DNA of 63,148 nucleotides, the filler included, from Stramenopiles sp. TOSAG23-3 (Eukaryota), in the NCBI GenBank assembly GCA_900128585.1. It is 46 parts of 46 records of this genome, joined end to end, with 100 filler letters (N's around TTAATTAATTAA, not from the genome) between each part and the next. Parts side by side here need not be neighbours in the genome. Positions count along the whole stretch, not along the records: positions 11,098 to 12,381 come from LT646106.1; positions 12,482 to 13,764 come from LT646107.1; positions 13,865 to 15,146 come from LT646108.1; positions 15,247 to 16,528 come from LT646109.1; positions 16,629 to 17,910 come from LT646110.1; positions 18,011 to 19,291 come from LT646111.1; positions 19,392 to 20,672 come from LT646112.1; positions 20,773 to 22,052 come from LT646113.1; 38 more parts are not named here. One strand, written 5' to 3'. Below are positions 11,744-23,531 of this stretch, piece by piece. The stretch's first letter is position 1, and each line of letters starts with the position of its first letter. Made by a program: the position numbers and the translations under genes. The notes below the pieces were generated by a model. It did no database searches and was not told the DNA's origin. It saw only the letters and a program-made list of their open reading frames with translations.

Positions 11744-11830
11744 GGAGAAGAAGAAGAGAAAGAAGACAGAAGAAGAAAGACAGAAGAAGAAAGAAGAAAG
11801 ACAGAAAGAAGAAGAAAGAAAAGAAAGAAG
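11744..11830. repeat. (GAA)n-rich low-complexity tract (similar tracts at 12125-12340, 16415-16528, 32252-32365, 59240-59290 and elsewhere)
   Basis: Directly visible purine-rich microsatellites upstream of genes. Confidence 0.9.
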
Positions 11831-13099
11831 ATCCAACGACGAGGGCGCGAAATGACAAGGACCATTTTCAATAGGGATATTTATAAATTAGAATACTTTA
11901 TATTTGTAATAAAAGAAGAAGAAAAGGAATTCTGATGATGTGGTAAATATAGTAGGTGGTGTGTGTATGTAAAGTTAAAATATATATTAATACAGCATTA
12001 TAATATATTTACGAATTTAAATATGAGAATAGTATACAATATATTGTATTTATAATACGTATGTTTCTCCTATAGTAATTGTGTTAAAACACATTAATGC
12101 TGTGTTCGTTCTGTTTAATAATCCTTCTTTTCTTCTTCTTCTTTCTTCTTCTTTCTTCTTCTTTTTTTTTCGCAAAAAAAAAAATAATTATTATTACAAC
12201 GACGCAACAGCGCAGAAGAAGAGATAATAAAATATAATAATAATAATATAAAAAAAATATGAAGAAGAAAGAAGAAGAAGAAAGAAAGAAGAAGAAAGAA
12301 AGAAGAAGAAGAAGGAGATAGAAGAAGAAAAAGATGATGACTAAAAAAAAATAATTAATAATAATAAAAAAAAATAATATTNNNNNNNNNNNNNNNNNNN
12401 NNNNNNNNNNNNNNNNNNNNNNNNNTTAATTAATTAANNNNNNNNNNNNNNNNNNNNNNNNNNNNNNNNNNNNNNNNNNNNAAAATATCTAAAAAAAACT
12501 TTTTTTTTAAAACGAAGAAGAAGAAGAAAAGAAGAAGCAACGACGACGAAGAAAGAAAACAAAAAAAAGAAGAAAAAAAAGATAGAAGAAGAAAAAGAAG
12601 AAAAAAAAGAAGAAGATAATTTACTATTTGTTCTTCAAAATAAGAAATAATAATGCTGTGTTTATATTAACTATCCAATGCTCTGGCCCGTAATTCACAA
12701 CTATAAAATATCTTGACTAGTCTAAACATAATAATAATAAAATTGGATCTTTTATTTTTTTTTAGTGTTTGTGGTAGTGATTTTGACATAAGCTGTGTTC
12801 CCATGGAGAGATTTCAATTCAATTTTCTTTAATTTATTTATTTTTGATTGAGTTAACCCCTTGCTGTGTCTATAACGTGAGTGTACCCAATTCTAACGTA
12901 AAACAACCCGTCAGTTTATTCTGCGGATCAAACGGTATCCACAAGATAGCCCTTGAAAACTGCGGTACCGCAGTTTAATTATTTGTCCTCCTGCATTTCA
13001 AGCTTTCCTTCCCGGCAAAAAAATGTTAAACAGCAAATTTTCCGACGACAAAATCACTTGCACGCAACAGAAATAATACAAAGTGAAGAAACAAAAACT

Positions 13100-13764
13100 A
13101 TGCCAATCATGCGAAACCAGCAACACCCTTTGCAAGGGTACGCTTGTAGAATTACCCACGCGCCTAAAAATGTCGAGTTTGGAATGGTGACCGGGGAATA
13201 CTTCGTGATCGGCCGCGTGGAGAGCAAAGGATCCGGGTCGCACTACAAAGTACTGTTTCTGGACGACAACGATCCTCGAACAGGCCAGCTCTACGAATTG
13301 GACGGTGGTAAATTCACATGGGTGCGAGCCGATGAAATTGGAAAAAGCTTTGTTTCGGAACAGTACCCTGACGTTCCAAACGGGCAAGATGGGCCGATGT
13401 GCAGGTCTTTAAAACCACTCCTCCACTCTGCTGGTAGCAGTATCGACGGGGCAGCAAAGAAGAAGATGTCCAGGGCATCTACCGGTACGAAAGTTGGTTC
13501 AGCTGAATATCACAAGATGCCCCTTTCGGTCGCCCGGTTGCAGGATTCGCTCGCGTCGGGCCCTGGTGACCCAGCGCCTTCCGCGAAGCACGACAGTACG
13601 GCATTGTCTCTGCCACGAAAACGAGGCCTACGCGCTCCTGCAAAAATATCCCCGCATTGTTCGAAAAGAAAACGTAGTACGGCTACATCAAAAAAACACG
13701 TTATTTTTACCATGGAAATTCTTTACGAAAGAGGCATAGAATGTTCCAATTGCAGCAGAGCAAT
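13100..13764 (+). CDS. Hypothetical protein (possible SH3/Tudor-like N-domain; CxxC at the truncation), 3' partial
   Basis: Open frame from MPIMRNQ; beta-rich GEYFVIGRV..YKVLFLDD segment. Confidence 0.55.
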
Positions 13765-13864
13765 NNNNNNNNNNNNNNNNNNNNNNNNNNNNNNNNNNNN
13801 NNNNNNNNTTAATTAATTAANNNNNNNNNNNNNNNNNNNNNNNNNNNNNNNNNNNNNNNNNNNN

Positions 13865-15146
13865 GCCCGACGAAGTTGCTGTCTCAGGAGACTTGACGGT
13901 GACGGGGAAAGAGACGGTGTACTCTACGCTGACGGCAGCGAGCAATAAGAGGCATTTTAAGATTATCATTGGCACGCCCAGGGTGTCGTTGTCGTGGTTG
14001 AAAATGACCGGTGGGAACGTTGGGACCTGCTACAATTGTAGGGGTGGTTCCATTTACGTTTCCAACGTAGCTGCCCATTTGAACATATCCCATTGTGTCT
14101 TTTTCAATAATCGTGCTGGTACCGGTGGTGCTATTTATGCTCGTGATGGACCGGCGACTGTATTTATTTCAGATTTTTCGTCGTTCAATCAGAATCTTGC
14201 AGATGGCGGTGGTGCTGTATTTTTATACAATGCGAAGCTTGTTGATCATTCCTCAATGTATAATATGAATACAGCAAGGTGGGGTGGTGCTCTCTACCTG
14301 TCCTATGGTTCATTTTCTTCTTTCTTTAATAGCTCGTTGGTAAGTAACACCGCAAGGTATAGAGGAGGTGGAATTTATATCAATGGTGGTGATTCCTCTT
14401 CTTTTTTTAATATGTCATCTGTCACCCTACAATCTAATAAACAAATAAATGGGGGGACAACTGGTGATTATGGTGGGGGTGGACTTGCTTTATACAGGAA
14501 AGTAACTGCGAATATTAGAGAATGTACGTTTATACGAAACGAAGCAACAGAAGGATCAAATGAAAAAAAGCATGGGCACCAGGTTTTTACGGTGAAAAGT
14601 AGTTCTTATGGTACTCCCTCCATCGCAATTGTCAACACCAATTTTACGGATGTTAGTGGATCCCACCCCTTCTACGGGTTCGATTACGAGAGCTTCAGTG
14701 GGGGCACCGACAAATACGTAAGCCCAACGACCTGCACTTCCAACCCCAACCCATGCACTGTAACACCATTTACGGGGTCGTGCTCGGCGAGAAGCAACAC
14801 TTTGTATGGGGTGCTTTGCAATTGCTCGGCCGGAGCATACAGTGACCGGCCGGATATTCCGAAGTGCACTCCCTGTACCGCCGGAACCTACGGCCCCACA
14901 CCCGATGCAACAAAATCAACGCAGTGCCTCCCGTGCCCCGCCGGGGAAATCACGGCAACGGAAGGCCTCCCTCAGTGCCTCCCGTGCCCTGCAGGAACAT
15001 TTACAAACCCGACGCAGACAGCGTGCACGCCCTGCGCCGCCGGAACCTACGGCCCCAATCCAGGCGCAACCAACGAAGCACAGTGCCTCCCGTGCCCCGC
15101 CGGAGAAATCACGGCAACCGAAGGCCTCCCTCAGTGCACTCCCTGC
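13865..15146 (+). CDS. Polymorphic-membrane-protein-like beta-helix repeats plus Cys-rich GCC2/GCC3 (ephrin-receptor-like) repeats; surface protein, partial
   Basis: FxxNxA-GGA[IVL]Y repeats followed by CxPCxAGTY repeats. Confidence 0.85.
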
Positions 15147-15246
15147 NNNNNNNNNNNNNNNNNNNNNNNNNNNNNNNNNNNNNNNNNNNNTTAATTAATT
15201 AANNNNNNNNNNNNNNNNNNNNNNNNNNNNNNNNNNNNNNNNNNNN

Positions 15247-16000
15247 GGGACAAGGAGTTGAAGACGTAGTTGGAGACGGACATGATGGGGCTCTTCAGGG
15301 TGGACGGGTCAATGGACGCCCCCGACGCGAGCCGCACGGCCCCCCCAACGTTCTCCGCGTCGAGGATCGCCGTGTCGACGATCCCGCGCTCGAAGAAGGG
15401 CCGGAGCGCGCGGTGCTGCCTCCAGAACGCGACGTTCTTCTCCGCGACGTCCGAAAGGATCACCCGGAACGGGAAGCCCTCGAGGCGCGGGCCGACGTCT
15501 GGGAAGAACTCGCCCAGGCGAAGCAGCTGGTTGATCAGTAAAAACGCGAACTTTCCCGAGCCAGAGCCCAGCTCTAACAAAAATATCGGCTCGTTCCGGT
15601 CCGGGTCCCCCCCCAACGCCCCGGAGTACCACTCGTTCGCGAACTCCACGACCACCCTCGCGTAGCACTTTGCGATGAAGGCGTTGCTGGACACGTAGTT
15701 CGGGACAATCCCGCGCGACCACGCCTGTTCGCCCACCTCTTTGTAAAAATCACGCTGCAGGCTCCACAATACACACCCGCTGTCCCCCAACCGGCAGTGG
15801 GCTTGGATCGCTTCCGCGCTCACTGGTTCAAGAATGTCCCGGGCACCGCCGCCGTCGTCGCCCCCCCCACCACCGGACAAGGGTATGCTGGAATTCCATT
15901 TCCCACCGCTGCTGTTGCTACCCCCCCCGCCCTCCACCAACTCCCCGTCCTTTCCCTCCCCAGCCTCACTTTCCACGGCACAGTCCAGGACGTTTCCCAT
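15247..16000 (-). CDS. SAM-dependent methyltransferase (MidA/NDUFAF7-like), 3' partial
   Basis: LLELGSGSGKFA motif I, ILSDVAEKN motif II, SNYVFNSL; N-terminus MGNVLDC. Confidence 0.8.
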
Positions 16001-17030
16001 TGTTGTCGTGCCGTTGGTGTTCTTCCCGTTGCTGCTGCTGCTGTTACGTGGGGGTACAATAGGGTGTATTCAGTGCACCAAAAAGAGAAAAGGGGACAGA
16101 ATCCGTTGAATCCACAGACAAGAAAAGAATACTGGAAAAAAATGGGTTAAGTTGGTGGATCACCAAACCGTTTTATTGCATAGAAAAGAAAACAACGATT
16201 CATCATACAGTCCTGTTTTGATTTATATATAGATAATGCCATGTGCATAGTACATACCTCGACACAAAATGGAAGGACGGAAGGGACCGACCCAATCGTT
16301 GGGAAGAAGGACCGGCGGAACCAGCTCAACAAATAATAATAATAATAAAAAAAATAATAAAAAATAATAATAATAATAATAATAATAAACAACAACAACT
16401 CAACAACAACAATCAAGAAGAAGAAGAAAGAAGAAGAAGAAAGAAGAAGAAAAGAAGTAAAAAGAAGAAAGAAGAAGAGGAAGAAAAAAAAAGAAGAAGA
16501 TAAATATAATATTATAAAGAAAGAAGAANNNNNNNNNNNNNNNNNNNNNNNNNNNNNNNNNNNNNNNNNNNNTTAATTAATTAANNNNNNNNNNNNNNNN
16601 NNNNNNNNNNNNNNNNNNNNNNNNNNNNGCCTGTGGCAGTAATAATTTGGTTTTTATAAATTAAAAAAAACATTTTTTTTTTTTCCTCTCTTCTTCTTCT
16701 CCTTCTTCTCACTCGACGACGAAGAACAACAAAACCTCCTCCTCCTATCTCCTATTACCTCCTCCCTCCTTTAATTAATTATTTATATTTACCAATGTAA
16801 ATAAATACAACAACAATATAATAATTGCCAATAATAATAATATATTAATAATTAATAATAATATTCTTCTTCTTCTGTTTTTTTTTATACTCTACTAATT
16901 AATAATAATAAACAAAAATGTAAAAAATGGTGTGGTTAATTCGTAAGAGAAATAGAGAATCAGACAAATGCAAAAGAGAGATTACTCTTGTTTTTTAAGA
17001 CACTTCTTCCAATCAAGTAAAAAATTGAAT

Positions 17031-17910
17031 ATGCCGCGCTGCTTCGCCGCCTTTGTTTTTGTTGCCACCTTGGCCAACCTCGCCTGTGCCAAACGCACGT
17101 ATAACCATGGGCACCAGTACGTCCCTTACGAAGAGCGTGCACAAGTCGTAAAATCCCCATTGCCTCATACCTACTTAAAACCAGGTTCTTTGCCAACGTC
17201 GTATGATATTCGCGACTTGAATGGGAAATCATTGGCGACGGACAACCGCAACCAGCACATTCCCCAGTATTGCGGGAGTTGTTGGGCCCACGCAGCAACA
17301 AGCGCTCTGTCGGACCGAATCAACATCCTGCGCGGTGGGGCATCTCCCTTCACCCATTTGGCTCCCCAGGTCCTTGTTAACTGTGTTACTGGAAACCACA
17401 GCCATGGCTGTTATGGTGGGGACACGTCTGCGGCGTATCAGTACATGTTTGATCACGGAATCCCGGATGAATCGTGCCAAAATTACGAAGCAAAAGGGGA
17501 TGGAAAAGAATGTACGCCGATGAACATCTGTCGAAACTGCAATCCGAGCAAAGGGTGCTGGGCAGTAGAGAACCCCCCGCTGACTTTTGTGGAAGAACAT
17601 GGGCAAGTGTATGGGGCCGAGCACATGATGGCGGAGCTTGTTGCAAGGGGCCCTTTCACGTGCACCATTGCAGTGACGGAAGAGTTGGAAAATTATACTG
17701 GTGGCATATTCAAAGACGACTCTGGAAAAATCTCACCCGACCATGACATTGAAGTCGCTGGTTACGGCACCGAGAACGGCGTAGACTACTGGCTTATAAG
17801 AAATAGCTGGGGTGTGTATTGGGGTGAAGAAGGCTTTAGGACGAAAATCCACCCCAGAGGCCATGTACTGGTAGTACTCGATAAGTTTCCGAAATTGCCA
17901 CAGACTGTCT
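17031..17910 (+). CDS. CTSZ: Cathepsin Z/X (papain family C1A), 3' truncated; last ~75 nt chimeric
   Basis: Signal peptide, short propeptide, RNQHIPQYCGSCWAH (HIP insertion), DHDIEVAGYG, IRNSWGVYWGEEG. Confidence 0.95.
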
Positions 17911-18211
17911 NNNNNNNNNNNNNNNNNNNNNNNNNNNNNNNNNNNNNNNNNNNNTTAATTAATTAANNNNNNNNNNNNNNNNNNNNNNNNNNNNNNNNNN
18001 NNNNNNNNNNAAAAAAAAAGTTCGTTTGTTAAATAGATGATAGTCTATAATTGAACAATGTAAATTATAAACCCACCGTCAACTATTCATAGAGTTGTTT
18101 CATTTTCAATTAATTGGTTATCGTTTACTACCAATGATTCCAACTGGTTACCTACACTCTGGTATTGAATTATTGTATCGTACCTTCTGCTGAGAGTTGT
18201 CTGAACACAAG

Positions 18212-19291
18212 ATGGTTGCTGCCACGAAGACCGCCCAAACAGGCTGGCTTGTTCTTTTGCTGCTGGTAGTGTTTTTTGTCACTCGGCCAAAAATTCCTAC
18301 CGGGCCAGCACCGCATTCTCCAGAATACTTGCATTTTTTGGATAAGCTGCGCGCCGAAACAAACGGCCAGATCGGAGACTCAATAAAGACCAGGACGTTT
18401 TTGATCATTGGTGGGACTGGATACACTGGTGGGGTCCTCGTCGACGACCTTCTTGGGCGTGGAGCCAAAGGTGTCAAAGTTTTATCTCGCCGGAAACCAA
18501 AAGCAGAAGATGCAAAGTCGGGCGTGCAGTACATGTCTGGTTCGATTCTTGACCTGGGCTCACTGAATAGTGCGATGGTAGGCGTGGACGTTGTTTTCCA
18601 TACCGCGGCGGCGTATGGCTCCCCGCCGAACGGGAAATTTGGCGATTACCAGTCCAGTGCGCCGAAGCGGGTCAACGTCAACGGGATGAAAAACGTGCTG
18701 AAGGCCTGCAATGAGAACAACGTGGAACTACTTGTGTTTACTAGCAGCATGCACACTACGTTTCGCCCCGACAAAGACCTAATAAATGTTCGTGAGGACA
18801 CGCTTTCGTATTTCGAGGAACACGAAAGCCATTACTCGCGGTCGAAGACGGAAGCTGAACAGTTGTGTTTGGCGGGAAACACGAACACGAAGCTTCGGAC
18901 CGTTGCTCTACGGCCCAGCGGCATCTATGGGCCACAAGAGAATTTCTTCATCCCGAAAATTTTTGATTTATTTTACCAGTACGGCAAATTTGCCCCTGTT
19001 TATTTTGATAAAGACGAACAGTTCGAGTTTACGTTTGTGTACAATATTGCTTGGGCCCATTCGCTAGCGGTCTCCGCTTTGGACGGGGACGAGGCGAAGC
19101 AGGACAAAGTGTTTGGGAAAGCCTTCTTTATCACGGATCAGACGGTTGTCAATTCTGCTGCCATGGAATTTGCTCGGCCAATTATGGAAGCGATAGGCAT
19201 ATCGCTCACACCAATCGTTTGGGTTCCACCCACTGTCCTAGTGCATATGGCGTACTACATGGAGTGGTTCTGCTACGTCGTAAACAAAATT
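18212..19291 (+). CDS. 3-beta-hydroxysteroid dehydrogenase/NSDHL-like extended SDR, 3' partial
   Basis: N-terminal TM, GGTGYTG, VFHTAA, YSRSK, LRPSGIYGP. Confidence 0.9.
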
Positions 19292-19391
19292 NNNNNNNNN
19301 NNNNNNNNNNNNNNNNNNNNNNNNNNNNNNNNNNNTTAATTAATTAANNNNNNNNNNNNNNNNNNNNNNNNNNNNNNNNNNNNNNNNNNNN

Positions 19392-20645
19392 GACGCCGTT
19401 ATCAAGTGGCGCGCCCTGACTGGGAATGTCTCCCGACTGTACTCGGAGATGGAGTTCTCCATGAAAGGGTTTGTCTTGCCAGAAGACGATTACTCCCTCA
19501 ACGGGGACTTTATGCAACAGGTGCAAGCCAGGTACATGGCAAACCGCTTTTTTAAGCACCCCCAGGGGGTGTGGAACAACGACGACAGGGCAGAGGAAGA
19601 GGCGCGCGTCCAGTCATGCTTGCTCGAGTACGGCGAGAAGTTCAAAAGAAAGAAGCGGTCCCAAGACGACGAAGAGAAGCTTGATTTGCTCATTGGCGCA
19701 GCGCAGAAAAGCGCAAAAAATGGCGGGGGAAGGCTGGCCGGCTTCGAGAAAGAGTATGCACGCATGCAGCGCATCGCAGAGAAAGAGGAAGAAGAGAGGG
19801 CAAAGACCATGGAGACTCGGGAAAAAGAGCTGATGCAGCAGATGTCCTCCATCAAAGCCTCCAACGTGAAGGGGGCGCGCGTGGGAGCGAGCGAGATTGG
19901 CGCAATCATTCGCCAACAATCCGATATGATACGCTCTGCAGCAGCGGATCTGGCGAGGGTGGAAGCCGAAATTCAAGAGGGGGCGGGCATGGATGCAAGT
20001 GGTGCAATGACTGCGAAAGGTATGGAGCAGCAGTTCAACAGAAAGGTAGAGTCTCTCACTGCAAAGATCGAAAAGGCGAAGAAGAAGTTGCAGGCCGTGC
20101 TTTCCACGGTGAAGGGCGCGGAAGAAGCCTACCAAGGCACCGCAAACACTTTGAACGAGCGGCAGGCGTACAAGGCCAAGCTTGAACAGAAACTGAAAGA
20201 AGCAGAAGTAATCGAGAACAAGGCCGAGTACCAGGTCCACCTAGCAAAACTCAGGGAATTGATTCGCCAAAACGAAGCGCTGAAACTGAAAGAGTCGGCG
20301 TTTAAAGCCAATTGTAAAAAACAGCGAGAGAAGATGATGGCAGAAGTGGAACGGTTTAAGGACGACAGCAACACGGGCGAGGACAACGCCAAACTTGTCG
20401 AAATTGGAAATATGTACGACGGAGTTCTACGAAAGTACGAAAAAATCCGGCAGCTGCTGGCCAAAAAGAATCAGCGCATTCAGCTGGTAGGTAGACAAAT
20501 CGACGACGTGCCGACCAGGACGGAGCTGATTCAGTACGAGAAGCGGTTCGTCGAGTTGTACCAACAAGTGGCCTCCAAGTTAGAGGACAATCGCAAATAC
20601 TACTTCAAATCCAACCCTACTATGATATGTAACTTTGGGTACTAG
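19392..20645 (+). CDS. CCDC93: CCDC93 (CCC/Commander complex), partial; C-terminal ~14 aa probably chimeric
   Basis: VQSCLLEYG; E..FKANCKK; IDDVPTRTELIQYEKRFVELYQQV. Confidence 0.9.
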   Translation, partial: DAVIKWRALTGNVSRLYSEMEFSMKGFVLPEDDYSLNGDFMQQVQARYMANRFFKHPQGVWNNDDRAEEEARVQSCLLEYGEKFKRKKRSQDDEEKLDLLIGAAQKSAKNGGGRLAGFEKEYARMQRIAEKEEEERAKTMETREKELMQQMSSIKASNVKGARVGASEIGAIIRQQSDMIRSAAADLARVEAEIQEGAGMDASGAMTAKGMEQQFNRKVESLTAKIEKAKKKLQAVLSTVKGAEEAYQGTANTLNERQAYKAKLEQKLKEAEVIENKAEYQVHLAKLRELIRQNEALKLKESAFKANCKKQREKMMAEVERFKDDSNTGEDNAKLVEIGNMYDGVLRKYEKIRQLLAKKNQRIQLVGRQIDDVPTRTELIQYEKRFVELYQQVASKLEDNRKYYFKSNPTMICNFGY

Positions 20646-20772
20646 TGGTCTAATGCTTACTTTGTAAATAACNNNNNNNNNNNNNNNNNNNNNNNNNNNN
20701 NNNNNNNNNNNNNNNNTTAATTAATTAANNNNNNNNNNNNNNNNNNNNNNNNNNNNNNNNNNNNNNNNNNNN

Positions 20773-21642
20773 GAACGAGTTGTCGGTCACGGGGATGCCT
20801 TTGACGACTGGGCGCCCCGTCAGTTTGTTCTTCTTAACGGGCACCAGCCGGTTGCAAATAACTTCGTTGTACCCTTGCGCGTGCGCCGACTTCTCCAACG
20901 CGACGACAAACTCGTTCAAATTTTTCTCCGGGCGAACGTTGAACGATATATGCATGTTTCCGGCGACGGACGGTGCCACGTTTGAATCTGAAAACTTTGG
21001 AAACAAGGACCGCTGCAAGACGGCCTCGTCAGAGTGGTAATCCAGCAATTCGACTATCATCGACCCGAAGGACACGTACCGAGCGTCGAGTGTGCTCGAC
21101 CCTGCTGCGGACAAGTTCGCGGCGAAGGAGGCTGCATCGCCGCCACGAATAAGCGCCGCCTGCATCAAGAGCTGGTAGACGTTGTCCCCTCGCCAACCGT
21201 CCCCCCCCGCGCTGAGGACCTCAACGCCACCCATGACGTTCGTGTAGAATGCCACGGATTTGCTAAGGTTTGAAGTCGTCACGCCAACGTGCTGTATCGC
21301 CTGCGGCAGTATCCAATCCCCCAAGGCTCCTGGGCGGACGAGACTCTTGGCCCCTTCGGTGCACCCGTTGTAGCAATTTTTGAAACAAACGTTTTCTTCG
21401 TCCATGGTGATGCATACTGGTCCGCACAGGGCAATGCACGTTTTGTCTGTGTATCTCTGGCCACCCCCAAAAATGCAGTCTTTATAAAATACAACGACCC
21501 ATACAAGCGCTACAGCAAGAAGCGCTACAAGCACCATGAGGGAGCACTGCCGCCTGCCCGTCTTTTTTCGTTTTACAGAAATTTCATCAAAGGATCCCGA
21601 GCTAATTCGTTTCTCAGACTCTGATAAAAACTGTTCTTCCAT
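20773..21642 (-). CDS. Type II membrane VOC/glyoxalase-family protein, 3' partial
   Basis: TM anchor, Cys-rich stalk, IQHVGVTTSNLSKSVAFY, IVELLDY, GNMHISF. Confidence 0.82.
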
Positions 21643-22211
21643 AGTGAAAACGGTCGGTTATTTTTGTTGGCCCGTGCGCGCGCAACGTGGCCTCAATCTT
21701 GTTCCTCAATCTTGTTCGTCCTACCTTGACTATATACTTGTTGTCGTTGCTGTTTCTTTGAGTTGCTTTATATACAATTGATTGATTCGCAAATTTAACA
21801 TGGGATATATGTCTATCTCACACCGCTTTCTTTCCTTTTGCTCTGGCCAGTGGCGGCGGGGGGCTCGCTGACTTTTTTATGCACGCAGCAACATAGTACT
21901 ATTTTTTCTTTTTTTTTTTCTTCCTATTTTTATAATACATACATCATTTTTTTCTTCTTTTTTTTTTATTATTAAATATAAAATCAACAAGAAAGAATAT
22001 GCAGTTGGATATATGTTTCTATAATTAGTACATATGCTGTGTATATGTAAACNNNNNNNNNNNNNNNNNNNNNNNNNNNNNNNNNNNNNNNNNNNNTTAA
22101 TTAATTAANNNNNNNNNNNNNNNNNNNNNNNNNNNNNNNNNNNNNNNNNNNNTTAGAAATTTAATTGAAAGGAACAGTATTCATACATACACAAGAAAAG
22201 GGAGAAATACA

Positions 22212-22340
22212 CATTTTCAGCACAATTCCTTCCAGGCAGTGTACGACCAAGTGTATGAGACTGGAAAGCAAGCATCAGAATGAAAATTTAGAGTAAGAAA
22301 AGTTGAGCATTGGGAGCAAAGCAGGAGTAGAAAAGACATA
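22212..22340. repeat. Diverged inverted repeat pairing with 23303-23431
   Basis: attttc.gc.caattccttc...gagactgg...cagaatg...gagca.tgggagcaaagcaggag shared in opposite orientation; the arms are not identical. Confidence 0.8.
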
Positions 22341-22421
22341 GCCTTACGGAGAATAGAATCATTTCTCTTCTACATTTCCACCACTACTTTCGAGCCAATC
22401 TTTGCTTGGGCATGATGCCAA

Positions 22422-22623
22422 CAACCTCGGGTGAGGCAAGCGCAGGAAGTACGACCAGCAGCCGGGCCTTCGGGTCTGGCGCGGACGGAACGGCCCGCAG
22501 CTCAACCTCGGGCAAGGCAAGCGCGGGACGTATGGCCAGCAGCCGGACCTTCGGGTCTGGCACGGACAGAACGGCCCGCAGCTCAACCTCGGGCAAGGCA
22601 AGCACAGGAAGTATGACCAGCAG
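22422..22623 (+). repeat. 81-bp GC-rich tandem repeat, about 2.5 copies
   Basis: caacctcggg at 22422, 22503 and 22584. Confidence 0.92.
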
Positions 22624-22639
22624 AACACATAGTACGTAG

Positions 22640-22716
22640 AGACGGCATCCCTGATGATTCCTTCGCGGACGTATAAAAATGCAGGTTGGAATGGATGGGC
22701 GGATTGGTTAGGAAAG
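22640..22716 (+). pseudogene. Frameshifted integrase-repeat-unit-like motif (IPxxPxxxYKxxGWxxWxDWLG)
   Basis: ATC CCT GAT GAT (t) CCT TCG CGG ACG TAT AAA AAT GCA GGT TGG AAT GGA TGG GCG GAT TGG TTA GGA; one extra base breaks the motif. Confidence 0.6.
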
Positions 22717-23005
22717 GAAAAAAATGCAAATATGCCATTGAGTCAAAGGCAACTGGCAACCAGTGTAATCTCCGACGATCCGAACGCCCGGAAAGAGGTG
22801 GAAGGGTACCTCGCTGGCAGCCCTACCGTGTGGCCGGCCCGGTGCAGGGCACCCTTGACTGTCACCCGGTGGGCAAAAAGGTCGGGGAAAGGGTGCTTGG
22901 GTTGAACAAACAAATCCAGGAAAGGGCCGCAGGGCAGACCAGGAGGGCAGTTCACGGGGACACGGGGACACGGTCAGGGCTTGTGTGGGAAACACGGAAG
23001 CTTCG

Positions 23006-23230
23006 TCAGCTGACAAAAAATGCTTGGTGTCGTTTTAAGTCTGAAGAGGTCATACACCTGTAATCGCACTCAGGTACGTCACAATCATTCTTAGTTACAT
23101 TTACGTCGTGTTTACGTGCTTGGTGTTGTTTTAAGTCTGAAGAAGTCTTACTTTTGTACTTACACCCAGGTACGTCACAATTATGCCACGTTACATTCAC
23201 GCCGTGTTTACTTGCTTGGTGTCGTTTTTC
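23006..23230 (-). pseudogene. Tandem C2H2 zinc-finger fragment
   Basis: CDVPGCKYKSKTSSDLKQHQARKH and CDVPECDYRCMTSSDLKRHQ; truncated on both sides. Confidence 0.7.
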
Positions 23231-23531
23231 AGTTTAACCCTTTGCTTTCCGTTGGGGGTATAAGACAGCAAGGTTCTCCCCAAGGTTACATTCATGCTTG
23301 CTTATCTTTTCTACTCCTCCTGCTTTGCTCCCATTGCTCACCTTTTCCACCTCTAAAATTCCATTCTGGTACTGTTTTCCCAGTCTCCTATACTTGCTTT
23401 TGTTCCCCCTCGAAGGAATTGGGCAGAAAATNNNNNNNNNNNNNNNNNNNNNNNNNNNNNNNNNNNNNNNNNNNNTTAATTAATTAANNNNNNNNNNNNN
23501 NNNNNNNNNNNNNNNNNNNNNNNNNNNNNNN

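Noticed and set aside
11678-11935. Lys/Arg/Glu- or Phe/Ser-rich ORFs (also 16243, 32187, 53341, 59924, 62103)
   Set aside because: These are translations of (GAA)n/(TAA)n microsatellites
17021-17029. AAAATTGA viral early promoter before cathepsin Z
   Set aside because: The flank is a typical long AT-rich host region where the octamer is expected by chance
17834-17910. Novel C-terminus of cathepsin Z
   Set aside because: Similarity stops about 75 nt from the contig end and the reverse strand reads as another protein (DSLWQFRKLIEYYQY), so it is a chimeric end. Similar derailments occur near 20605 and 37355, and probably near 2850
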